Shown one piece after another: positions 19,082 through 27,843 of a stretch of DNA of 64,000 bases. The stretch's first letter is position 1. Each line of letters starts with the position of its first letter. Position numbers and translations under genes: made by a program. The notes below the pieces were generated by a model. The model was not told the DNA's origin. It ran no database searches and worked only from the letters and a program-made list of their open reading frames with translations. The DNA is taken from the IMG/VR virus record IMGVR_UViG_3300037493_005685, positions 31,499-95,498 of that record; one strand, given 5' to 3'. The stretch comes from a virus.

Positions 19082-19183
19082 GACTTGGCCTCCTTAAAGG
19101 CTGGGTTGGTTGTACTACTAGCTTATACCCAATAAGCTCCTCTAAACCTCAAAAGCAAAAGGGGAAGACCCCCTTTATACCCC

Positions 19184-19240
19184 TCATGCCAGCTTATCCA
19201 GCTGGAGCATGAGGAGTACTAGCGCACATGCTGTCAGCAT
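19184..19240 (-). CDS. 18-aa hydrophobic peptide (MLTACALVLLMLQLDKLA)
   Basis: AAGGAGG SD; GGTATAAG motif at 19276-19283; downstream terminator-like hairpin. Confidence 0.45.
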   Translation of the reverse strand: MLTACALVLLMLQLDKLA

Positions 19241-19268
19241 GGGTGCCTCCTTGATGTTAAAGAGTTGT

Positions 19269-22200
19269 CTACTTTCTTATACCCTTAATAACCAGCGGTT
19301 CTCGAGCAAACCCCAACAGCGCATGAAACGCCACGTCGTTTTTATGTACCCAACCGCCTATTAGGCAGTCAAGTCGTAATCCTGGCTTTGCTAGGTTTTT
19401 GGGCAGAAGGAAGATATCCATAAAGATGTCACGCTTTTCCCACCTCAGGTACATGTTTCCTGTTCCTTAGCTAGGTCCCACAGCTTCAGGTACGCGTAGA
19501 AACGACAGTGATACAGCGCATCTACAGGTAGAACTCTTTCTTTACCCCAATCAGTAACCATCTCGAATATGCGGCGGTTTATTCGCAAGGTACCTCCTCT
19601 GTGCGTTTAGCAGTATCCTGAATGTCTGGGTCTTGAATATGTACAGGTCTTGCATGAAGGGCCTGGAGCCTGATGTATGCAGGTGCTTTATGTAAGTGCA
19701 GATGAGCCGAAACGAGCCTTTATCCAGCATCTTATCTTGAGTCCTTTTACATACAGCCTAGAGAATTCGTCACGCTTTAGGCCGTACATGTTGAGCTCCA
19801 CATTGGTAGCCATGCCCCGATGGGCGTAGCCGCTTATAACGGCAAAGATGTAGGGGCTAATTAGCATGTTGAAGCGAGAATGAAGCGTGCTGGTGTAATA
19901 GACGTAGAAAGGAGTTTACTATTACTCCATTAATGTTTATCCCTACCGACCTCCTGTGAATGTACCTTCTATCAGCCCTGTCGGCTATTAGCCAAAACGT
20001 TCCTTGTGAGATTTTCATTATATCACCACCTTAAGGCGTCGCAGTATCCAGAGAAAGGGCCAGGTTCTAGCTGCGTAGGTGGACCTTTGGATTCCTTTGT
20101 CTGGATAGTGCCGCTGGAATGAGCCTTTATTAACGTACATCTTGCACACCCACACTGCTCAACCTGGAGCCAATAGCGTAATTGTTCATATGGAAACACC
20201 CTGCGCTTGAAGTTCTCCTCAATATTCACGCCCTCCCCGGCCAGCTTAAAGCTGAATTTGTTTATGAGCATCTACCACTCCAACATCAAAGGCCACGCCC
20301 ACGGCTCTAGCCCGTCTCTGTCCGCGTAGTGGTCCATTAAGATGATTATGTTGATTGTCTTGAAGAACCAGACATCCTGCCTGTTCCTTCTAGGGTTGTG
20401 TAAATACTTGTGAACTACGTGGAAGGCGTCTTCTTTGGGGGACATCAGTACCTCCTGAGGTCAATCCCAGGCAACCACTCGAGGTGTTCTGGCGTTTGCT
20501 CCATTAACCACAAACCCAAACAACCCCACGGCCCTTGTATCTCCAGCCCCCTCTGCCTCTCAAGCAGCATTACGGCGTATTCCAGCCATGCCTCCCTCCT
20601 TGTCTCAGCGCCTTCGCCGGTTAAGGATGTAATCAATACTTGCAATTCCCCCAAGTTCTCTTTTACGTAGTAGCTCATTGTACAATAATTCTAACCTAGT
20701 TGAGCAGCGGTCGAAGTAGGCGAGCATAGCCCACCTATTCTCACCCATCTGAGAGCCATCTTTAACGCCGTAGAGCATGCCCCACATCATGGGGCTTGGT
20801 TTTTCCCACATATTTCACCTTAAGCGCTCTCGTATGTGTCTTGTTTCCAGCCGCATATACTTAAGCTTCAAAGCTTTTATTACGTCTTCCCAGTGGAAGA
20901 CCATGCCTATACTCACATGCGCGCTAGGTGAGAAGTAGTTACGCTTGTAGAGCAAGCGCATATTATATACAGCCTCATCTGTGAAGTACATGGCTTACCT
21001 CCCAAACCAAATTGGATGTGGGTGAACGTACATTTTCGCTAGCTCTCTGGCTGCTTCTCGGGTGTTGTAGGGGATTACCCCCACAAAGTAATCAAACACT
21101 TCTGTACTTTGTCTTTTAAATACCTCGCGCCTGTTCAGTCGCATGGCCCGGACGTGCAGGACTGGGCGGATGTTGCTTATTCGCATATTGCTCCCTCATC
21201 AGCGAAGCCCCCTCTAGTATGAACCAACGTTCAAACATACCGTGGTGGCTGAGGTCCCAATAAGACGCAGAGATTAGTCCTATCCGCGCCTTAGCGTAGT
21301 AGTCTACATCGAGCATGCCCCTTCATTGCCTCCTTAAATGTCATTCTTATGTAAAAGCGGCTACACGCAGTCTGCATCCACTCATGGTCCTGTATTACAT
21401 GCTGCTGAACTGCGACCCTAAACATCCGCATAGTTTCTGAGTACATCATAAATCTCCCAGAAGTCCTTGCGCTTTTGGCGGTACATCCATGAGTGGCCAG
21501 CGTAACTAGGGTTAAAGACTACTTGGCGCTTAAAGAACGTTCCGTAGAACTTAAAGATGTTCCGGCGAAAGTCTTTGTTACATATCACGGCAGCGCTCCG
21601 GGTAGGAGACCCCATACCTAGCCCAGCTATAGAGGCTCCTTATGTTAATAACGCGTCTTTCAAATTGAAAGTTTAGTTCCCATATGTACTCTGCAGGTGT
21701 TATAGGCATAGGCGCATTGCGAATTGTTTCTGCTAACAGGTGATGCACGGATATTTCTCCTTCAGGATTCTAATCCAGGTAGTAAAGTACTGCCGCCTGT
21801 CTACCTTGGCTACGTCTAGGTGGTGGCGGGCGTACACGAAGGCGGGTATGGAGGCGCATATGATTCTAAGACGGTGTTTCTTTCCGATGGTGCCATACAT
21901 GCAGGTTACTCCATACCGCTCTTTTTGTGGGGTATATGCGGGCTAACGGTATGTCTAGGTACACGGTACCCATGTACTTGACGTAATACCTAAACAGGCT
22001 AGACGTAGCGGTTAACATTTTTGTATCTGTTTCTGCCTTAGGCGCATGCTTTCTCGGAAGTAGTAGCCGATGTGCCAGTCGAAGCCACTTAGGTTTTCGC
22101 TGAACACCCAGGGGCCAAACTCAATCCGCGCATAGTCGAGGTATAGCGCATCCTCCACACACCCAAAGCAGTATTTATGGTTGAATTGCCGTAAGTAGAA

Positions 22201-23332
22201 GCTCATGGAAGTCGCGCTCCTTTACGCGTAGGTATTCTTCTAGGTAGAAAAACGGGTCAAAGTTCCAGAACGACCTGTGGTTACCTAGGCACATATTGAT
22301 TACTTGGATGATTTGGCGTAGGTCTGACTTGTTCATAGCCGTATAAACTCTGCAAACATAAGCCGGTTGTACTCGACTAGTTTGTTCATTATGTGCCTCC
22401 TCGTAGTAAAGGTATGCCAGTCGTCGTTAACGTCGCTGATTAGGTTTGTTATCAAGGTGAACTTTCCCATACATTTCCCTGTAAGTTTGAGCATCTCCAC
22501 ACTCCTGCGTGAAATTTTAGGAACCCAATGTTGCGAAAGTAGGCTGTGCGGTCATGAGCCCAGCGGAGGTCATTAGCGCGGACGTATGATATAACCATCA
22601 TCCAGCCATATTGATGGACTTTTAACATAGAGTTGGTGCCACCTCTGTATTTTTAGAGTGCGCAGGTCGTTCATACCGCGCACAGCCCATATACGAGCAT
22701 TATCGCGTACGTCGTCTAAAACAGACGCCCATATTTGTTTGTAGTTAATCATGCTTGAAATGTAGCCTCATGACCTCTCTTTCGTACTTCATTCTTTTTA
22801 TTGCGAGATCATTGTTGCCGTAACTCAAATGCTTAATAACCCACCATAGAGCTATACGTATTTCCCTTAATCGAGTCATGTAGAATGTGCCACCTTTCTG
22901 CGCGATTTATCCTAAGGCAACGTGCGCCATGCACGGCCCAGTTTTGTCCGAAGCTAAACTGGGTTCTGACATCATCTATTACGGACTCCCAGGTAGGTAT
23001 GTACCTAGTCATGGCACGCGTTGTCCCATATCAACTTCTTTCGCGAGTAGAGGTCCCGCATGTAGAATTCGGGGGGCACAATCTGCGCCCATACGCTGCT
23101 CCGCAAACTCCACCAAAGGGGCAGGGAATTTACCGTGGCCCTAAAATGGATGTGCAGGTGCTCGTGCATATAAACTCCGCAAGTTACTTATTCCTTGGTT
23201 AATAAGCCTTCGCCGTACATCTATAAGCACAAAGAAGTCACGAATAGCTATATGTCTGTACTCAGGCTTAAAGAAGATACTGCTCACCATTCCCGCTGTG
23301 CTGGCTATCCCACACTGTAAGGTCAGAAACAT
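19269..23332 (-). other. tandem array of about 27 overlapping micro-ORFs (40-82 aa)
   Basis: Manual translation gives near gap-free overlapping ORFs (starts incl. 23332, 23169, 23012, 22879, 22752, 22628, 22206, 21748, 21615, 21316, 21186, 20991, 20811, 20678, 20445, 20271, 20140, 20018, 19867, 19730, 19588, 19454). Confidence 0.7.
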
Positions 23333-23622
23333 CCCAGTCTACCAGCCAGAAAGTAAGCCATAGCCATAATACACACCATGTTGATTACTAACATAACGGT
23401 GTCGAAGATGGCATAACGGCGATGCTTCATCAGACCGTGTATGCGGCGCAGTAGCTCTTCACGCTGGTCGTCATCCAACAAGGCGCCTTCTTCGTGGTAA
23501 ATACGGCAGCCCTCCTCGAAAAGTTCAATACCGCGCGTGTTGTGCTTGAGATGCTTGATTCCTATCTTCAAGAAATAAGCATTAAAGACGATAACAAGAA
23601 CGTTACCTATGATGGGCCACAT
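23323..23622 (-). CDS. small membrane protein (2 TM), first gene of micro-ORF operon
   Basis: AAGGAG SD; GGTAAAAG motif at 23654-23661. Confidence 0.75.
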   Translation of the reverse strand: MWPIIGNVLVIVFNAYFLKIGIKHLKHNTRGIELFEEGCRIYHEEGALLDDDQREELLRRIHGLMKHRRYAIFDTVMLVINMVCIMAMAYFLAGRLGCF

Positions 23623-23772
23623 TGTTTTCTCCTTTGTTTGGGTTTGTTACCCACTTTTACCAAGTAAATAACTCAGATTGTAAGAGGTACTTGACTCCCC
23701 AATCCCCCTTAAGCTATGCTCCCCTTGCTGTTCGGTTTACACAACCACTACAACGAAAGGAGCCAAACAGCC

Positions 23773-24258
23773 ATGCGTCACTACCATATCGATTGGGATG
23801 AAATCACCGGTAATTTTGACCAGGAACAAGCAGCGAGCGGCCTCTGGGCAATCTGCGATGCCCTCCAAAAGATTGAGACGGTCTATAACTCCGACACCGA
23901 GTTAAAGGGCCTCAATCTCCCACTGTATTCGTTTGTGAATACCTCCTACAGCTTAGACACTGAAAAAGGTGCAGCCCGCATTTGCTGTGGCTGGAAGACA
24001 GCTGTACTTCCTCTCAAAAAGATAGGGGTGCTTCAAGAAGTCATACCTTGTCACCGAGCACACGCGGTTACTACAGCGGTCTTAAAGGCAGAGAACGCAA
24101 AGCTCGATAACTCAGAGGCGAGCTCCACAGACAAATACAATCTTCAGCTGCGCCACATCTCTATCTCGCTGGAACATGGACTCGGTAATTACGAGGTAAT
24201 CACCACCTACGTCAGTTACCGAAGCCTCGAAGCCGCCTGGCTCCTCGCTATCCGCTAA
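23773..24258 (+). CDS. hypothetical protein
   Basis: AAGGAG SD before ATG 23773. Confidence 0.7.
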   Translation: MRHYHIDWDEITGNFDQEQAASGLWAICDALQKIETVYNSDTELKGLNLPLYSFVNTSYSLDTEKGAARICCGWKTAVLPLKKIGVLQEVIPCHRAHAVTTAVLKAENAKLDNSEASSTDKYNLQLRHISISLEHGLGNYEVITTYVSYRSLEAAWLLAIR

Positions 24259-24322
24259 CCAAAAGAAAACCCCAACAGCATTAGTGCCATTGGGGCCTTC
24301 TAGGCTACATACGAGAGGCCAA

Positions 24323-24406
24323 TACGAGGAGCGGGGGTCGAACCCGCACGCCTTTACAGGCAAGAGATCTTAAATCTCCTGAGACTTCCAATTCCTCCAT
24401 CCTCGC
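24323..24406 (-). tRNA. tRNA-Leu (anticodon TAA)
   Basis: GCGAGGA/TCCTCGT acceptor, GGAGA-TTTAAGA-TCTCT anticodon arm, long variable arm, GCGGG-TTCGACC-CCCGC T arm; CCA not encoded. Confidence 0.9.
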
Positions 24407-24505
24407 AAAAACCCCAACAACCCCCGCACCGCTCAAAGTAAAGGGGCCATTGGAGCAAGCAGTTTAGTGCGTCATACTCAGGACGCTTGACCAGCTGCCA
24501 ACTGG

Positions 24506-24982
24506 TTACTCACGAATGGTGACGTTCCCATCCAACATGTAGATATGCGCGCGAGGGATGAAGGTCAGCGCCTCGGCGACTTCATTACCCTGCTGGGTGC
24601 TCACCTGGACAAGGACGCCGAGCCCTTCGATGTTCATGGCCTTGGTGCTCTTCATCCAGCCTTGCTCTTTGGAGCTGGCTTTGCACACGCACACCCAGGC
24701 ACCGGGGTCGCCGTGGAGTTGAACGTCCGAGACGTTGGCTTTGAGCTGGTCCATATTGGTGTTGTCGAGGGTCTTTTCGGTCATCTGGTTCTCCTTGTAA
24801 TGCCCCGACGCCCGGAAGAAGGCGACGAAGGCGTTGTACAACTCTTTGTCTTCTGTGACTTCGCGACCGTGGACAAAGAACTTCCCGTCATAGCTCAGCT
24901 TGATGGCGGGTTCGCCGGGTTCGCTATTAACCCTAAAGGTGATAGCGTTGTCGCGATTGGTTTCTGTTTTGAGTTCTTCCAT
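24506..24982 (-). CDS. phage hypothetical protein (KASS..GWMKSTKAM motif), possible internal start at 24784
   Basis: AAGGAG SD at both 24982 and 24784 ATGs. Confidence 0.75.
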   Translation of the reverse strand: MEELKTETNRDNAITFRVNSEPGEPAIKLSYDGKFFVHGREVTEDKELYNAFVAFFRASGHYKENQMTEKTLDNTNMDQLKANVSDVQLHGDPGAWVCVCKASSKEQGWMKSTKAMNIEGLGVLVQVSTQQGNEVAEALTFIPRAHIYMLDGNVTIRE

Positions 24983-25012
24983 GGTGTCTCCTTTGATTGT
25001 CCATTACTTTAG

Positions 25013-25354
25013 TGGAGCTGCCGGTAATCGAAACCGGGTCCGATACATCGTCTTCTACACCCTCGTCCACACGCTTGGTGGCATCTCTCTTGGTACGCTA
25101 CCTGCCACGATAGCGTATCAGTTTTCTCTCGTATCTTAGCCAACCATACTGAGAGCCTTTGGTTGAAGCGCCCTGGTTAATTACGCCACGTCAGCCCCTA
25201 CAGGGGGAAGAGACTGGGTGACGGAGAACGGCTCACGCCGCTTTCAGGTACTCTTGCGGTTCGGCATTTGTACGTTGACACTTCTTTACCCAGTAAGCGT
25301 CATCTGGGGCGTGCGAGCATAACTTCAGTTGTACCGTCAAAACCTTTCAGCCCC
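25013..25354 (-). ncRNA. ssrA: tmRNA, tag peptide (A)AEPQEYLKAA*
   Basis: 5' GGGGCTGA, 3' GACCCGGTTTCGATTACCGGCAGCTCCA, G3:U pair; tag ORF 25233-25265 after AAAT resume context. Confidence 0.92.
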
Positions 25355-25362
25355 ATAAAAAC

Positions 25363-25433
25363 TGGTCCCTGCTGTGTGATTCGAACACACATATTAACCT
25401 GCAGGTCTTTGCCTTCCAATCGGCCAAGCAGGG
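25363..25433 (-). ncRNA. tRNA-like RNA with shortened anticodon arm (possibly degenerate tRNA-Cys)
   Basis: CCCTGCT/AGCAGGG acceptor + ACCA, D arm GCC..GGC, T arm GTGTG-TTCGAAT-CACAC; central arm only GACC-TGCA-GGTT. Confidence 0.65.
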
Positions 25434-25445
25434 ACCTCGAAAACC

Positions 25446-25631
25446 TTAACCGTTATTCTTAAGCGCGTCAATAAGCCCGTCGTAGAACTTAACCCGTTCT
25501 TCCCGGACCTCTGCCAGCCCACGCCATAAGCAGCCCAGGCTGCGAGCCTCGTCAGCCTTCGCCTTAGCAATAGCGCGCTGTTCTTGTAGGCTATACAGGA
25601 TTAAAGACACGCCTTTTGCGTACTGTGACAC
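25446..25631 (-). CDS. hypothetical protein
   Basis: GTG start with GGGAG SD. Confidence 0.5.
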   Translation of the reverse strand: MSQYAKGVSLILYSLQEQRAIAKAKADEARSLGCLWRGLAEVREERVKFYDGLIDALKNNG

Positions 25632-25654
25632 TGTCTTACTCCCTTCAGCCGGTA

Positions 25655-25849
25655 CTAGGCCCTTATGAAACCCTGTACCCGGCTCAGCTTGGTGATGGCC
25701 GCTTTGCAGCTGCGGCAGGTTACTTCGTCGAACTTTAACGTCAGAGTATACTTGATGTTCTCGGCGTTGAGTCTCTGGCTGTCGCACACACATAACGGGA
25801 GTCCTCCCTTACTTAAGTGTATACGCGTAGACCTACTCCTCTCTTTCAT
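25655..25849 (-). CDS. small Cys/His-containing protein
   Basis: H..C..CxxC; overlaps upstream stop. Confidence 0.55.
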   Translation of the reverse strand: MKERSRSTRIHLSKGGLPLCVCDSQRLNAENIKYTLTLKFDEVTCRSCKAAITKLSRVQGFIRA

Positions 25850-26153
25850 CTTTAGCCGTCTCCTCTGCTTCTTTTATGGACAGCAGGAACTCTTTATCCA
25901 CCCGTACGCCCTTCGCTGTCTTGGCTACTTCCGAGGCCCCTTTTGTGAAGTATACCTCGGGTATGTAGTCTGACTGTGGCTCGATTCTGTTCGCGAGCTT
26001 GGCCTGCCTGAGCCCCAGGTTCGCCAGCTGAATCTGGCAGCGCATAAGCGCAACGGCGCTACGTATGTCGTCTTTCTTAACTTCCCCACTTAGCAGCTGG
26101 GTCATGTACTTATCTTGCAGGGTCATCAATTGACTGAGTCTGTTGCGTTTCAT
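25833..26153 (-). CDS. hypothetical protein
   Basis: 106 aa; AAGGA SD. Confidence 0.65.
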   Translation of the reverse strand: MKRNRLSQLMTLQDKYMTQLLSGEVKKDDIRSAVALMRCQIQLANLGLRQAKLANRIEPQSDYIPEVYFTKGASEVAKTAKGVRVDKEFLLSIKEAEETAKDEREE

Positions 26154-27117
26154 TTGTCATTCCTTCCTTTTTTCGGTAGCGCAATTTTAAACTTCTGATG
26201 TGAGATTCTGAAATATCATAACGACGACTGAGTTCCCTTGTGCTATCTTTTAAAAGCTCCGTTACCTTCTCTTCCCATCTTATAGTTTTTATAAGCGTGC
26301 TTAAACGCTGGTTTAGGCTTATGAACATCTTAAATATTTCAGCGTTAACCTCCTCATTTTTGTCTGAACACTTAAGTCGCAACAACTCTTTATACGCCCT
26401 ACTACATTCTTCACTGCAATATTTCTGGTGTTTTATGGCCGTTTTATACCTCTTTCCGCACAAACACGTGCGCTCTTCTTTGTACCAAAGTAAACCTTGT
26501 TCTTGCCTTTTACAGACCATAGCTCTAATTTGCGCACCGTACTTTTTATCTAACTTTGTATTACTGTTAGCTACAGACTCAGCATGTTGTTTTCGGGCAT
26601 AACGTACTTGGTGTCTCGGTACACCAAATTCTCTTTCTATCTCTACGTCACTTTTTTCGAGCGATATTAAGCCACCGTCAAATATATTGGGAGACTTATA
26701 CTCGGGTATACCTAATCTCGTTCTAGCTCTGAGTACGGACTGTTTACTGCACCCCCATTTTTTTGCTACTTCAACATCATACATTTTTCCTAAGTCCGTA
26801 ACCGAATCCCAGTCTACTCTTCTATGTCTAGTGAGACCCTTACGCGACCCAGGTATATGTCTACTTCGGGCATCTTTTACGGTCAGGGGGGAACATCCGA
26901 GTCTTTCTGCTATTATTGAGATATCTCCAGTTAAGAAGTCAGGTACACTATCCCAATCAATATGTGTAAATTGGGACGCATGTGACGGAATACCTCTAGC
27001 TTTCCTTACTTTATGTATCCATTTTGGATTACATCCTAAGCGCGCCGCTATTACCTTATCCGGAACCTTTCCTAGATCCTCAATGCTATTGGGATCTATG
27101 TCTAATTTCTTAGACAT
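26110..27117 (-). CDS. multi-HTH-repeat DNA-binding protein with zinc finger
   Basis: 3-4 repeats of DWDSV.DLGK..D..IA.RLGCS...V..AR.R.GIP; CLCG...YCSEEC. Confidence 0.7.
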   Translation of the reverse strand: MSKKLDIDPNSIEDLGKVPDKVIAARLGCNPKWIHKVRKARGIPSHASQFTHIDWDSVPDFLTGDISIIAERLGCSPLTVKDARSRHIPGSRKGLTRHRRVDWDSVTDLGKMYDVEVAKKWGCSKQSVLRARTRLGIPEYKSPNIFDGGLISLEKSDVEIEREFGVPRHQVRYARKQHAESVANSNTKLDKKYGAQIRAMVCKRQEQGLLWYKEERTCLCGKRYKTAIKHQKYCSEECSRAYKELLRLKCSDKNEEVNAEIFKMFISLNQRLSTLIKTIRWEEKVTELLKDSTRELSRRYDISESHIRSLKLRYRKKEGMTNETQQTQSIDDPAR

Positions 27118-27446
27118 TACGCCCCCCTTTCTTTTGTCCTCCTCATGATGGTGTACAGCGACACCAACAAGTGCACCTGCTGCTCAAACACCCTATTTCT
27201 GTTTGGTTCTTTTTCCTCCCAAACCCGGACAGAAGAGTCCTCTATTACCTTCGATATATCGAACGTTGTATCCATTGAATTACGCCGTAACATCTCCATA
27301 GCGACACCCTTAGGCAACACTATCGACTTGTTTACGTCTGAGGACCGACAACAGCTACAGACGTCTGCCTTACCGATGAAGGTGTCCTCAGTTACCCAAA
27401 CGTTGTCACAGCGATTACAGCGGTAGAGGCGGTAGTCCCTGGCCAT
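27117..27446 (-). CDS. zinc-ribbon protein
   Basis: CNRC...CSCC. Confidence 0.65.
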   Translation of the reverse strand: MARDYRLYRCNRCDNVWVTEDTFIGKADVCSCCRSSDVNKSIVLPKGVAMEMLRRNSMDTTFDISKVIEDSSVRVWEEKEPNRNRVFEQQVHLLVSLYTIMRRTKERGA

Positions 27447-27843
27447 CGACCTTGGTTTCCTCCTCTGTCTGAGTTGCTTGTTCGACCGCGATAGCTCTCA
27501 GCCACCGCGCGATTTCTTTCAAAGGCGCGGTATCATCAGCTAGCTCCGCTGCAGCCACCGAGGCGCTGCAGAGGTCTAACCCCCTCTTTATGAGCTCGAT
27601 AACCTTTAGCTTGTTCTTGAGGGCTCCGTGCATGAGTCGGAACTCCCGGCGCAGCGGAAGCTCCGAAAGCTTTCTGGCGTTGGCGTGGTACACGGTCTTG
27701 TACGCCACGAGCTCTTTGCTGCCGCAGGTACAACCATCCTTTTCGTACCGCGCCATGGTGTCTTCTACGGAACGGTACACGCTTTCTTTTAGTACGCGCT
27801 TGCCACAGTCTAGACAGGTAATGACGATGTGGATGTACCTCAT
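27415..27843 (-). CDS. zinc-ribbon protein
   Basis: CLDC...CTCGS; ATGA overlap. Confidence 0.65.
   Translation of the reverse strand: MRYIHIVITCLDCGKRVLKESVYRSVEDTMARYEKDGCTCGSKELVAYKTVYHANARKLSELPLRREFRLMHGALKNKLKVIELIKRGLDLCSASVAAAELADDTAPLKEIARWLRAIAVEQATQTEEETKVDGQGLPPLPL

Noticed and set aside
19269-23332. Short ORFs as evidence of stop-codon recoding or of one fragmented gene
   Set aside because: ORFs end in TAA, TAG and TGA, change frame, and overlap with proper starts; long genes elsewhere are intact under code 11 and there is no suppressor tRNA
19269-23332. Diversity-generating retroelement or integron cassette array
   Set aside because: No reverse transcriptase or integrase in the window, no near-identical TR/VR pair, no attC-like spacers between ORFs
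24262-24322. tRNA-associated HDV-like (theta) ribozyme after tRNA-Leu
   Set aside because: Sequence folds as a simple hairpin plus U-tract terminator; no nested double pseudoknot seen
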